A DNA stretch of 58,672 bases, from assembly GCA_041179305.1 (NCBI GenBank), contig JBEGTQ010000042.1, positions 1 to 58,672 on the forward strand, in the 5' to 3' direction. The position numbers and the translations under genes were made by a program. This stretch comes from Pseudomonadota bacterium (lineage in GTDB: Bacteria; Pseudomonadota; Gammaproteobacteria; Enterobacterales; Enterobacteriaceae). The notes beneath the pieces were generated by a model. The model saw only the letters and a program-made list of their open reading frames with translations. It did not search any database and was not told the origin of the DNA. Below, in pieces: positions 1 to 12,938 of this stretch. Numbering within the stretch: position 1 is the stretch's first letter; each line of letters opens with the position of its first letter.

Positions 1-558
1 GCTGGCTGGCTTGTTGAAGAAATGGCGCGAGGCGGCTTCGACGCCAAAAATACCGTCGCCAAATTCTGCAATATTCAGATAAACCGTCAGAATACGGCGC
101 TTGGTCCATATTAGTTCGATACCGGCGGTCAATACCCCTTCCAAACCTTTACGCATCCAGCTACGCCCATTCCAGAGAAACAAGTTTTTAGCCGTTTGCT
201 GCGACAGTGTTGATGCACCACGAATACGGTTTTGATTACGCTGGTTATGGGACAATGCCGATTCTATGGCTCCGATATCAAACCCCCAATGTTCAGGGAA
301 TTTTTGATCCTCAGCGGCCATTACGGCCACGACCATATACGGCGATATCTCATCCATCGACACCCAGTTGGAGTGCGCAAGGTATGAAAAATCACCGGTA
401 AACCAGGCCGCGAGCTGCCTTTCGACCATAACCATAGAAAAAGGAACCGGCAAAAAAGCAAAGATCAAAATGCCCGTCAACCACAGCGCAAGGATGCCGA
501 TAACACCTCGTTTTCCCCAATACCACAGGCAACTCAATCCACGCCTGACGGAAGTCAT
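1..558 (-). CDS. mtgA: Monofunctional biosynthetic peptidoglycan transglycosylase (3' end runs off the window)
   Basis: Minus-strand frame from ATG at 558, overlapping the elbB stop as ATGA: [18 protein letters not shown]...[14 protein letters not shown]...[17 protein letters not shown], the GT51 motifs; usual position downstream of elbB. Confidence 0.93.
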   Translation of the reverse strand, partial: MTSVRRGLSCLWYWGKRGVIGILALWLTGILIFAFLPVPFSMVMVERQLAAWFTGDFSYLAHSNWVSMDEISPYMVVAVMAAEDQKFPEHWGFDIGAIESALSHNQRNQNRIRGASTLSQQTAKNLFLWNGRSWMRKGLEGVLTAGIELIWTKRRILTVYLNIAEFGDGIFGVEAASRHFFNKPAS

Positions 559-1208
559 TCAGTTAAATCCAATACCTTAGCCACTAATTTATCAATTCCT
601 TTCGCTGCCTCAGAAATTGACCCTGCCAACATATAAGCAGGTGTTGTTACCACTTTATTTTCAGCATCAACCACCACATCATCGACAGGGCAAATAACAT
701 GCTCTGCACCCATAGCTTCAATTGCATCAATAGTGTCGGGATCGTTACCAATTGTCAGACGAACTGATTTACCCAGCAGCGCTGGAAGTATAACCGGGGA
801 AATGCACATCAAGCCAATAGGTTTACCTAACTTATGAATTGATTGCGTAAGCTTAACTAAATCTGGATCAATCGTGCAGTTAGAACCTTGCGTTGCAAAA
901 TCGCTCAAGTTCTTTGCCGCACCAAAACCCCCTGGGATAATCAGGGCATCGAGCAAACTTGGTTCCGCTTTAGAGAGAGGGGTAATCTGGCCACGGGAAA
1001 TCCGCGCAGACTCCACTAAAACATTCCGTTCCTGCGCAATAATTTCACCATTAAAATGATTAATAACATGCAGTTGCGGCTTATCCGGCGCGAAGAAAAA
1101 AACACGTGCACCAGCACGATCTAATGCCAAAATTGTTAAGACAGCTTCATGTATCTCGGTACCGTCGTAAACGCCACACCCACTTAGCACCACTCCCACT
1201 GTTTTCAT
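555..1208 (-). CDS. elbB: Glyoxalase ElbB (DJ-1/PfpI superfamily)
   Basis: 217 aa, [16 protein letters not shown] and [11 protein letters not shown] motifs; lies between mtgA and arcB. Confidence 0.95.
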   Translation of the reverse strand: MKTVGVVLSGCGVYDGTEIHEAVLTILALDRAGARVFFFAPDKPQLHVINHFNGEIIAQERNVLVESARISRGQITPLSKAEPSLLDALIIPGGFGAAKNLSDFATQGSNCTIDPDLVKLTQSIHKLGKPIGLMCISPVILPALLGKSVRLTIGNDPDTIDAIEAMGAEHVICPVDDVVVDAENKVVTTPAYMLAGSISEAAKGIDKLVAKVLDLTE

Positions 1209-1330
1209 TCCACCTCTCCTTTTCTCACCCTGTCAATTTCTTAATGTATTCTAATAACAAACATGTGTCTCCATCACAAATTTTAATGAATCTTGTAACA
1301 AAAGCACTTATATTTGCTATGTTATTCCCT

Positions 1331-1460
1331 GTATGATGTACGGAAGAATTATTATGACTTGCGAATTAGCGATTAAACAGAAATAATATGCAGGTTAACG
1401 ATTTCCCTGGTGTTGGCGCAGTATTTGCGCACCCCGGCTTCGGCCGGGGTTATTTTTTTC
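1331..1460 (+). ncRNA. arcZ: ArcZ (SraH/RyhA) Hfq-dependent sRNA
   Basis: Conserved 3' part ATTTCCCTGGTGTTGGCGCAGTATT at 1401, then terminator CCCCGG-cttcgg-CCGGGG plus U tract overlapping the arcB stop; elbB-arcB location. The 5' end is estimated from a -10-like TATGTT at 1318. Confidence 0.92.
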
Positions 1461-3786
1461 CAGCTTTCGCCGCCCACTCACGTAACACCTGCACATCGTT
1501 GCGCCATTCTGATTTTAATTCATCTACCCAATCCTGCACGTTATCCCACCATGCCGGCAATGTCGGTGTTTGAATTTGCTGTGCCAGTTGCTGTATTTGG
1601 CGCAAGCCAATCGAGCCGGCTGCTCCCTTAATTTTATGCGCTTCTTCAGCAATGCCCTTTTGGTCGCGCGCGGTCATATTCGAATCCAGCACCGCCAAAT
1701 AACTCGGCATCATCTGTTCAAATATCTCCAGACTTTGATGAATCAGTTGTGGGCCAACCAAGTCAATGTATTGTTCCAACATGGCAGTATCAAGTAACGA
1801 TTCTTGTGTTTTCATTATCTTATGCTCCTTTTTTTTTGCCGCAGTTGAAGGTTTCTGATCCCAGAATTGCTTGATCATCGCCGTAAGGGCAGGAACAGAC
1901 AGCGGCTTACTCAGCACGTCATCCATCCCCGCATCCAAATATTCTTTTTTATCTTTCAGAACGTTAGCGGTTAATGCTACCAGCGGTGGTAGTGATTGCT
2001 GGCTGTAGTCCGCACGAATTTGCCGTGCAATATCCAACCCACTCATATCCGGTAGCTGAATATCCAGCAGCACTAAGTCAAAATCATCTGGCTTGAACAT
2101 CACCAACGCATCATGGCCATTCATCGCCACTTCAACGCTGTTACCCAGTTTTTCTAGTACAGAACGCGCTACGATGACATTCAGCTCAATATCCTCCACC
2201 AGCAACACGTGCAGAGCAGGCAGTGGCATCTCTTCGCTTGATCGTGCACCGGAAGCCTCCTGTACTGCTGGAGACTGAATCGTCAGGGTAAAACAAGAAC
2301 CTACCCCCTGCGTACTTTTCACCGTGATATCACCACCCATGCTTTGTGCCAGACGTTTGGAAACGGCCAGACCAATACCCGTGCCGGTAGCCGGCTGACT
2401 ACCATTACGATCTTTCACCTGATAGTACATAGCGAAAATCTTATCTTGTTCGTCTTCAGGAATACCCATGCCGGAGTCTTCTACTTCAAAAATCAAGCGG
2501 TCAGCCCCTTCACGGTGTACGCGCACGACAATCTTGCCTTGTTGGGTAAACTTCACTGCATTGCCGATCAGATTCCACAGAATTTGGCACAATCGGGTGC
2601 TATCGGTAATCACTTTTTCCGGCAACGGCAGTTGCGGTTCCATGATGAACTTCAGCCCTTTCGGCTGTACCAACAGGCCAGCGAGATTTTCCAGATCTGC
2701 CATAAAACCGGTAAAATCAACAAGTTGGTTATCAAGTTGAACTTTTCGTCGCTCAAGTTTATCCATCTCAATGATATCGTTGAAAATATTGCCCAACGTA
2801 ATGGCACTGACGTGAATGGTTTTGAGATATTTCAGTTGTTCTGCATTTAATTCAGTATCCAGCAGAATGCGGCTCAGGCCCACAATGCCATTAAGGGGCG
2901 TACGCAGCTCATGGCTGATTGTTGAGATGAAGGTGGTCTTGTCTCTACTGGCATTCTCCAGCGCGTCCTGATAGCGCTTACGTTCTGTTATATCGCGCCC
3001 AAAGCCCATCAGGCCGTGTCGTTTCCCTACGCGATCGTAAAAGGGGACTTTTCGTAGCTCAAAGCAGGCTTTGCGACCATCGGGATAGACCAGCCACTGT
3101 TCGTAAGTAAGGGAAACATTGTGACGGAATACTTTTTCATCGGTTTCCATCACTTTTTCAGCAATATCAGGTGGATAGACATCTTCCGGTGTCAAACCGA
3201 CCAACTGTTTCTCACTTTTACCAATTAACAGTTCCATTGCGCGGTTGCAGCCAGAGAATTCATTATCTTCATTGCGGTAATAGACCAGATCCGGCGAGGC
3301 ATCTAAAAAAGATCGCAGTAAGGCAGATTGCTGCCCCAGTTCAACCTGAGCCTGTTCACGGTGGCCCATTTCTTCTTTTAACTTGTCAACCACTTGTCGA
3401 TGGGCTTTTTCCGCTCTTTCGCGCTCGACAATTTCCTGATTGAGTTGAGCTATGTTTTCGGTCAATTGCTGATTCAGCTCCAAATCGCGATGCCGCATTA
3501 CTTCAAGTTTTTCAACCAGACGGGACAGGCGCTGACGCGATTCCTCCAGTTGTTCAACCACCACCGACAAGAAGTAGACCGCCCACGGCGTTATCAACAA
3601 ACCAAAAAAGATAGATCGCACCAGATCGAGGGCTCCGACAGAACCGCTCAATACCAACGTGACGGCCATCTGTACCGCCATAGCAAGCAATACCAACACC
3701 GATGCCAATAGCAACGAGAAGCGAATTAGCCCTAATTTAACCATTAAATCAACATAATACTGGGCTAATACTCTGACTTGCTTCAT
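1450..3786 (-). CDS. arcB: Aerobic respiration control hybrid sensor kinase
   Basis: 778 aa: TM, PAS, HisKA (SHELRTPLNG), receiver (LLDIQLPD) and HPt (AHKIKGAA). Confidence 0.97.
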   Translation of the reverse strand: MKQVRVLAQYYVDLMVKLGLIRFSLLLASVLVLLAMAVQMAVTLVLSGSVGALDLVRSIFFGLLITPWAVYFLSVVVEQLEESRQRLSRLVEKLEVMRHRDLELNQQLTENIAQLNQEIVERERAEKAHRQVVDKLKEEMGHREQAQVELGQQSALLRSFLDASPDLVYYRNEDNEFSGCNRAMELLIGKSEKQLVGLTPEDVYPPDIAEKVMETDEKVFRHNVSLTYEQWLVYPDGRKACFELRKVPFYDRVGKRHGLMGFGRDITERKRYQDALENASRDKTTFISTISHELRTPLNGIVGLSRILLDTELNAEQLKYLKTIHVSAITLGNIFNDIIEMDKLERRKVQLDNQLVDFTGFMADLENLAGLLVQPKGLKFIMEPQLPLPEKVITDSTRLCQILWNLIGNAVKFTQQGKIVVRVHREGADRLIFEVEDSGMGIPEDEQDKIFAMYYQVKDRNGSQPATGTGIGLAVSKRLAQSMGGDITVKSTQGVGSCFTLTIQSPAVQEASGARSSEEMPLPALHVLLVEDIELNVIVARSVLEKLGNSVEVAMNGHDALVMFKPDDFDLVLLDIQLPDMSGLDIARQIRADYSQQSLPPLVALTANVLKDKKEYLDAGMDDVLSKPLSVPALTAMIKQFWDQKPSTAAKKKEHKIMKTQESLLDTAMLEQYIDLVGPQLIHQSLEIFEQMMPSYLAVLDSNMTARDQKGIAEEAHKIKGAAGSIGLRQIQQLAQQIQTPTLPAWWDNVQDWVDELKSEWRNDVQVLREWAAKAGKK

Positions 3787-4216
3787 AACAACTCCTGTCA
3801 GTCTTTATCTAATAAATCATACCGTAAAAGCAGCAAGATATAAGGTTGCATCCTCAGAAGTGTGGAAGAGATTGCAACTCACTATGAGATCTCGTGAAAA
3901 AGCAACCACAACAAAACAGATTTTGATAGTTATTAAGCCTATATTTGACCTGAGTATTCTTTCTCGCTAACGTGGAGGTTCGCTGGAAACTTTCCAGACG
4001 AGCAAGCGCCTGATCATAATTATGCAATAATTTAAGACTCCCTCTTAAAACAAGTTTTATACCACTTGTGTGAACCGTCACAAGAGGCCATTGCCGGAGG
4101 GCGGAAAAGTTGATTTACCGCGAAATACGCGTCTGTCAGCCCACCCCATCTGATCTCAATAGGCCATTCTGGAGTTGGTTTGTGAGAGTCTCACAGAGCC
4201 TGGGAGGTTCACTAAT

Positions 4217-7200
4217 ATGTTGTACGATAAATCCCAAGAGAAAGATAATTGTGGTTTCGGCCTAATCGCCCACATAGAAGGCGAACCTAGCCATAAAGTC
4301 GTGCGTACGGCCATACACGCACTGGCCCGTATGCAACACCGGGGTGCTATCCTTGCTGATGGCAAGACCGGTGACGGTTGTGGCCTGCTTTTGCAAAAAC
4401 CAGACCGCTTTTTCAGGATGGCCGCAGAGGAACGCGGGTGGCGTTTGGCCAAAAACTATGCCGTAGGGATGATATTTCTCAGTCAGGATGAAAAACTCGC
4501 CAAGGCAAGCCGCCGCATTGTAGAAGAAGAATTGCACAACGAAACACTGTCGATTGTCGGCTGGCGTGAAGTGCCGACTAACCCGGATGTGCTCGGTGAA
4601 ATTGCCCTCTCTTCCCTACCTCGGATTGAACAAATTTTTGTCAACGCCCCCGCTGGCTGGCGTCCACGCGATATGGAGCGCCGCCTGTTTGTGGCGCGTC
4701 GCCGCATTGAAAAACGCATTGCAAATGATAAAGATTTTTACGTATGTAGTTTCTCTAATTTGGTGACGATTTACAAAGGCTTATGTATGCCTGCAGATCT
4801 GCCACGCTTTTATCTTGATTTGGCTGATCTGCGTATGGAATCGGCAATCTGCCTGTTCCATCAACGCTTTTCAACCAACACCGTGCCTCGCTGGGCGCTG
4901 GCTCAGCCCTTCCGCTATCTGGCTCATAATGGCGAAATCAATACCATTGCCGGTAACCGCCAATGGGCGCGGGCGCGGTCTTATAAACTCAAAACGCCCT
5001 TAATCCCTGATTTGCAGGATGCCGCACCTTTCGTCAATGAGACCGGTTCGGACTCAAGTTCACTGGATAACATGCTGGAGCTGTTCCTCAGCGGCGGGAT
5101 GGATCTGCTCCGTGCCATGCGTCTGTTAGTGCCACCTGCCTGGCAGAACAACCCGGATATGGATACCGACCTGCGCGCCTTCTTTGACTTCAACTCCATG
5201 CATATGGAACCGTGGGACGGCCCGGCTGGGATAGTGATGTCCGATGGCCGCTACGCCGCCTGTAACCTTGACCGTAATGGCCTGCGCCCGGCGCGCTACG
5301 TTATCACCAAAGATAAACTCATCACCTGCGCTTCTGAAGTCGGTATCTGGGATTACCAGCCCGATGAAGTGGTGGAAAAAGGCCGTGTTGGGCCGGGTGA
5401 ATTGATGGTTATCGATACCCGCAGCGGTAAGATCCTGCATTCCGCCGAAACCGATAACGATCTGAAAAGCCGCCACCCTTATAAAGAGTGGATGGAGAAG
5501 AACGTTAAGCTCCTCGTACCGTTCGAAGATCTACCAGAAGATCAAGTGGGCAGTCGCGAGCTGGATGACTCAACGCTGGAAACCTATCAAAAACAGTTTG
5601 GTTACAGCAGTGAAGAGCTGGATCAGGTTATTCGCGTATTAGGTGAGATTGGTCAGGAAGCGACTGGGTCAATGGGGGATGATACCCCATTTGCCGTGCT
5701 TTCCAGCAGGCCGCGTATTATCTATGACTATTTTCGCCAACAATTTGCACAAGTGACTAACCCGCCAATTGACCCGCTACGTGAAGCGCACGTCATGTCG
5801 CTGGCCACCAATATTGGCCGTGAGATGAACGTATTCTGCGAAGCCGAAGGCCAGGCGCACCGTTTGAGCTTTAAATCGCCGATCCTGCTCTATTCTGATT
5901 TCAGGCAGTTGACCACACTGGAAGAGGAATATTACCGCGCAGACCGTCTGGATCTGACCTTTGACCCCGCCGAAACTGATCTGGAGCAAGCGGTTCTGGC
6001 GTTATGCGAAGAAACTGAACGTAAAATACGCGACGGTGCCGTTATGTTAGTACTGTCTGACCGCGCAATTGCCCCAAATCGCCTGCCAATACCCGCACCC
6101 ATGGCGGTTGGTGCGGTACAGACTCGCTTAGTAGAAAAAAATCTGCGCTGCGACGCCAACATTATTGTTGAAACTGCCAGCGCCCGTGACCCACATCACT
6201 TCGCGGTGTTGCTCGGTTTCGGCGCTACTGCGATTTACCCTTATTTAGCTTATGAATCTCTGGCTAAATTGGTTGATACCCAGACGATTAATAAAAAGTA
6301 TCGCGATGTGATGCTGAACTATCGCAACGGAATCAACAAAGGTTTGTACAAGATCATGTCCAAAATGGGCATTTCAACGGTGGCCTCATATCGCTGCGCC
6401 AAACTGTTCGAAGCCGTTGGCCTGCATCGCGGCCTGTCTGATCTCTGCTTCCAGGGTGTGGTTAGCCGCATCGGCGGAGCCAGCTTCAGTGACTTCCAAC
6501 AGGATTTACAAAATCTGTCCAGGCGCGCCTGGCTGAAACGCAAGCCACTGGATCAGGGCGGTTTACTGAAATTTGTCCACAACGGTGAATACCATGCGTA
6601 TAACCCGGATGTGGTCAGTACCTTACAAACCGCAGTTCACAGCGGTGAATACCGCGATTATCAGGTTTACGCCAGGCTGGTCAATGAACGCCCGGTCGCC
6701 ACATTACGCGACCTTCTGGCCATTAAACCACAAAGCACTCCGATCCCTGTGGATCAAGTTGAACCGGCTGAATCGCTGTTCAAACGTTTTGATACGGCAG
6801 CGATGTCAATAGGCGCGCTCAGCCCGGAAGCTCATGAGTCACTGGCTATCGCCATGAACAGCCTCGGCGGGTTCTCTAACTCTGGAGAGGGCGGTGAAGA
6901 CCCCGCGCGTTACGGCACCAATAAAGTGTCTCGTATCAAGCAGGTCGCCTCTGGTCGTTTCGGCGTAACGCCGGCCTATCTGGTAAACGCAGATGTTATC
7001 CAAATAAAAGTAGCACAAGGAGCAAAACCGGGTGAAGGTGGTCAGTTACCGGGTGATAAAGTCACGCCGTATATCGCCAAACTGCGCTATTCAGTGCCAG
7101 GGGTGACACTGATCTCGCCACCGCCACATCATGATATTTATTCAATCGAAGACCTGGCACAGTTGATTTTTGACTTGAAACAGGTTAACCCGAACGCTCT

Positions 7201-8677
7201 GATTTCAGTGAAACTGGTATCAGAACCGGGGGTCGGCACCATTGCCACCGGCGTAGCAAAAGCCTATGCCGATTTAATTACCATCGCCGGTTACGACGGC
7301 GGCACCGGTGCCAGCCCACTCTCTTCAGTGAAATATGCCGGTTGCCCGTGGGAACTGGGGCTGGTTGAAACCCAACAAGCGCTGGTCGCCAACGGCCTGC
7401 GCCATAAAATCCGCCTGCAAGTGGACGGCGGCCTGAAAACTGGCGTCGATATCGTTAAAGCCGCGATTCTGGGCGCAGAAAGCTTTGGTTTCGGTACCGG
7501 CCCTATGGTGGCGCTGGGTTGTAAGTATCTGCGTATTTGCCACCTAAATAACTGCGCCACCGGTGTGGCAACTCAGGATGAGAAACTGCGGCGCGACCAT
7601 TATCACGGCTTACCTGAACGCGTAGTGAACTACTTCCAGTTCATTGCGCGAGAAACCCGTGAAATCATGGCTGCGTTAGGTGTCAGTTATCTGGTTGATT
7701 TGATTGGCCGTACCGATATGTTGCTGGCACTGGATGGCCTCTCTGCCAAACAGAACAAGCTGGATCTGTCGCCGCTGTTGCAAACCGCCACGCCGCATCC
7801 GGGCAAAGCGCTGTTCTGCACCGAAAGTAACCCTCCGTTCGACAAAGGATCACTGAACAAAGATCTGCTGTCACAGGCCGCGCCATTTATTGAAGCGAAA
7901 CAGAGCAAAACGTTCTACTTTGATATACGCAACACTGACCGTTCCGTCGGCGCCGCTTTATCTGGCGCGATTGCCACTAAACTGGGTGATCACGGAATGG
8001 CAACGGATCCTATCAAAGTCTCTTTCTCCGGTACTGCTGGGCAGAGCTTTGGAGTGTGGAATGCCGGCGGCGTGGAGCTTACCCTAACCGGTGATGCCAA
8101 CGACTATGTCGGTAAAGGGATGGCAGGAGGCTGTATCACGGTGCGCCCCCCTGTGGGTTCTAATTTCCGCAGTCACGAAGCCAGCATTGTCGGTAATACT
8201 TGTCTGTATGGTGCAACTGGCGGCAAATTGTTCGCTGCTGGCCGTGCCGGTGAGCGTTTCGCTGTGCGCAACTCCGGTGCTATCACCGTAGTTGAAGGTA
8301 TCGGCGATAACGGTTGTGAATATATGACTGGCGGGATCGTCTGCGTACTGGGTCGTACCGGGATTAACTTCGGCGCCGGTATGACTGGAGGTTTCGCTTA
8401 TATTATTGATGAAGAAGGTGAATTCCGTAAGCGTGTTAACCCTGAACTGGTAGAAGTGCTGGATGTCGATCAACTGGCAATCCATGAAGAACATCTGCGT
8501 GGTCTGATCACTGAACATGTTCAGTTGACCGGTTCCAGCCGTGGCGAAGAGATTCTGGCGAGCTGGTCGGAGTGGGTGACCAAGTTTGCTTTGGTTAAAC
8601 CAAAATCCAGCGATGTGAAAGCACTGTTGGGCCACCATAGCCGTTCCGCAGATGAACTGCGGATTCAAGCGCAGTAA
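4217..8677 (+). CDS. gltB: Glutamate synthase large subunit
   Basis: ATG 4217 after GGAGG; MLYDKSQEKDNCGFG start, FMN domain, CHLNNCATGV Fe-S motif. Confidence 0.97.
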   Translation: MLYDKSQEKDNCGFGLIAHIEGEPSHKVVRTAIHALARMQHRGAILADGKTGDGCGLLLQKPDRFFRMAAEERGWRLAKNYAVGMIFLSQDEKLAKASRRIVEEELHNETLSIVGWREVPTNPDVLGEIALSSLPRIEQIFVNAPAGWRPRDMERRLFVARRRIEKRIANDKDFYVCSFSNLVTIYKGLCMPADLPRFYLDLADLRMESAICLFHQRFSTNTVPRWALAQPFRYLAHNGEINTIAGNRQWARARSYKLKTPLIPDLQDAAPFVNETGSDSSSLDNMLELFLSGGMDLLRAMRLLVPPAWQNNPDMDTDLRAFFDFNSMHMEPWDGPAGIVMSDGRYAACNLDRNGLRPARYVITKDKLITCASEVGIWDYQPDEVVEKGRVGPGELMVIDTRSGKILHSAETDNDLKSRHPYKEWMEKNVKLLVPFEDLPEDQVGSRELDDSTLETYQKQFGYSSEELDQVIRVLGEIGQEATGSMGDDTPFAVLSSRPRIIYDYFRQQFAQVTNPPIDPLREAHVMSLATNIGREMNVFCEAEGQAHRLSFKSPILLYSDFRQLTTLEEEYYRADRLDLTFDPAETDLEQAVLALCEETERKIRDGAVMLVLSDRAIAPNRLPIPAPMAVGAVQTRLVEKNLRCDANIIVETASARDPHHFAVLLGFGATAIYPYLAYESLAKLVDTQTINKKYRDVMLNYRNGINKGLYKIMSKMGISTVASYRCAKLFEAVGLHRGLSDLCFQGVVSRIGGASFSDFQQDLQNLSRRAWLKRKPLDQGGLLKFVHNGEYHAYNPDVVSTLQTAVHSGEYRDYQVYARLVNERPVATLRDLLAIKPQSTPIPVDQVEPAESLFKRFDTAAMSIGALSPEAHESLAIAMNSLGGFSNSGEGGEDPARYGTNKVSRIKQVASGRFGVTPAYLVNADVIQIKVAQGAKPGEGGQLPGDKVTPYIAKLRYSVPGVTLISPPPHHDIYSIEDLAQLIFDLKQVNPNALISVKLVSEPGVGTIATGVAKAYADLITIAGYDGGTGASPLSSVKYAGCPWELGLVETQQALVANGLRHKIRLQVDGGLKTGVDIVKAAILGAESFGFGTGPMVALGCKYLRICHLNNCATGVATQDEKLRRDHYHGLPERVVNYFQFIARETREIMAALGVSYLVDLIGRTDMLLALDGLSAKQNKLDLSPLLQTATPHPGKALFCTESNPPFDKGSLNKDLLSQAAPFIEAKQSKTFYFDIRNTDRSVGAALSGAIATKLGDHGMATDPIKVSFSGTAGQSFGVWNAGGVELTLTGDANDYVGKGMAGGCITVRPPVGSNFRSHEASIVGNTCLYGATGGKLFAAGRAGERFAVRNSGAITVVEGIGDNGCEYMTGGIVCVLGRTGINFGAGMTGGFAYIIDEEGEFRKRVNPELVEVLDVDQLAIHEEHLRGLITEHVQLTGSSRGEEILASWSEWVTKFALVKPKSSDVKALLGHHSRSADELRIQAQ

Positions 8678-10105
<1,428 letters not shown>

Positions 10106-10271
10106 TACTACACCCAAAAGGATTATCTGTTATGAAGATAGCTGCCTGGCCGAGTTGAAAAAATTAACAGTTGAATAAGTTACCCTGATCTCTCTGTGGA
10201 AATCATAAGGGCAGCTAATGCCGCCCTTGATGGAGTTTAATAAAATTTTGCCAAAAAACCAACGTAATGCG

Positions 10272-10787
10272 TTACTTAACAACTCGCAAAGCCGGACGAC
10301 CACTACTACGTGGAGGTTGCGGCGGTTCATCATCCGGTGAGTTGCCATCGCCCTGTGAAGCTCTGGTGATATCGGTTACCAGCACCAGATTATCAGCCAG
10401 TCTGTTGTCGTTATCTTCACCTTCGATACTGTCAAAATTACCATCAGCATCAGAATCATACGCAGCTTCCGGCTCAAACATAGTGCCGGAACCGTTTTCA
10501 CGCGCATAGATTGCCATCACCGCCCCTATCGGAACGATAACCTGACGAGGTACACCACCAAAACGAGCGTTGAAACGCACATTATCATTACCCAGTTCCA
10601 GATTACCCACGGCACGCGGTGCTACATTCAATACAATCTGCCCATTATGGACAAACTCCATCGGCACCGAAACGCCGGGACGGGCAACATCAACAACCAA
10701 ATGAGGCGTCAGTTGATTATCAATCAGCCATTCATAAAATGCGCGCAACAGGTAAGGACGGCGCGGAGATATATCCGACATCTCCAT
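10272..10787 (-). CDS. sspB: ClpXP specificity adaptor SspB
   Basis: PRRPYLLRAFYEW start and C-terminal RPALRVVK ClpX-binding motif. Confidence 0.96.
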   Translation of the reverse strand: MEMSDISPRRPYLLRAFYEWLIDNQLTPHLVVDVARPGVSVPMEFVHNGQIVLNVAPRAVGNLELGNDNVRFNARFGGVPRQVIVPIGAVMAIYARENGSGTMFEPEAAYDSDADGNFDSIEGEDNDNRLADNLVLVTDITRASQGDGNSPDDEPPQPPRSSGRPALRVVK

Positions 10788-10792
10788 AATGA

Positions 10793-11434
10793 TTAACCCC
10801 GAGTTGACAGGCGCATTTCACGCTCTATTTCAGTCAGTGAAGCCAGGAATGCATCACGCTCAAAGACGCGTGTCATATAGCCTTTAAGCTCTTTAGAACC
10901 CGCACCGCTGAATTCGATACCCAACTGTGGCAAACGCCATAACAGTGGAGCCAGATAGCAGTCGACCAGACTGAATTCTTCGCTCATAAAGAAAGGCATT
11001 TCGTTAAACACTGGCGCAACAGACAGCAGCTCTTCACGTAACTGTTTACGCGCTGCATCAGCTTGCTGTGCATTGCCTTTCTGCATTTTCACGAGCAGGG
11101 AATACCAATCCTGTTCAATCCGATTCATCATCAAACGGCTTTTACCACGCGCAACAGGATAAACCGGCATTAATGGCGGATGAGGGAAACGCTCATCCAA
11201 ATACTCCATGATAATGCGGGATTCATACAAAGTCAGCTCACGATCAACCAAAGTAGGGACTGTGCGGTAGGGGTTGAGGTCAATCAAGTCCTGTGGCAGG
11301 TTATCATCTTCAACCTGCTCAATCTCAACACTGACACCTTTTTCCGCCAATACGATACGTACTTGATGACTAAAGATGTCGGCAGGGCCGGAAAAAAGCG
11401 TCATTACCGAACGTTTGTTGGCAGCGACAGCCAT
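10793..11434 (-). CDS. sspA: Stringent starvation protein A
   Basis: MAVAANKRSVMTLFSGP start; GST-like fold, YLDERFPHPPLMP. Confidence 0.96.
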   Translation of the reverse strand: MAVAANKRSVMTLFSGPADIFSHQVRIVLAEKGVSVEIEQVEDDNLPQDLIDLNPYRTVPTLVDRELTLYESRIIMEYLDERFPHPPLMPVYPVARGKSRLMMNRIEQDWYSLLVKMQKGNAQQADAARKQLREELLSVAPVFNEMPFFMSEEFSLVDCYLAPLLWRLPQLGIEFSGAGSKELKGYMTRVFERDAFLASLTEIEREMRLSTRG

Positions 11435-11748
11435 GAAAACCTCCAAGATTATCTAGAAAACAGTGCGAATAGCCCACAGTGAGGTTGCTATCCTGATTCG
11501 TTTTACCGCCAGTTCGCAATCTTGACCGCCGTTAACGTAACTACACCTTGGGCGAGATAAAAATTCAGCCAGAGGAATATACAGACGTCAACAGTTCACC
11601 GAACAGGCACAAAAGTGGATGATAGTTTACCAGATTTTGCATGTTTTGTGGGCCCAGAGGCACGATTTGATGATCAATTATGTATCAGACAACAAGTTAA
11701 TGGCGAAAAGAAAGTAAATAAAACAGTAGAAAAGTCTTTCTTAGACAT

Positions 11749-11777
11749 AAAAAAACCCGGTGAAACACCGGGTTTTT
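11749..11777 (-). terminator. Intrinsic terminator of rplM-rpsI
   Basis: Palindrome AAAAAACCCGGTG-aaa-CACCGGGTTTTT just past the rpsI stop. Confidence 0.85.
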
Positions 11778-11808
11778 ACCGTTAATTTTATACCGTAAAG
11801 GCAAAAAA

Positions 11809-12659
<851 letters not shown>

Positions 12660-12938
12660 TTAATAAGTTACACGTTGGTGAACGCCCAAACGTTTAAAAA
12701 CAGTTGAGACTCACACGACCATCAGTCCAGCAAACCTACCCCTTCGAATAGCCAATGCCGGCACTATCAAAGTTTCGGGAAAAAACTTTGTTGTAACGTG
12801 GGGTCGCAAGATTATAGAGAAGTCGATGTTAAAGATCGAACTGTTTTTGATGAGAAAGACATAAATTAAGCCGATTAAATCAGAGCCAATCAAAATAGCA
12901 TTATATTTTAACTGCCAGAGACGCCGCAGATACCCGCA

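Noticed and set aside
1401-1460. ArcZ overlapping the arcB 3' end as a novel antisense arrangement
   Set aside because: This is the established, conserved organisation.
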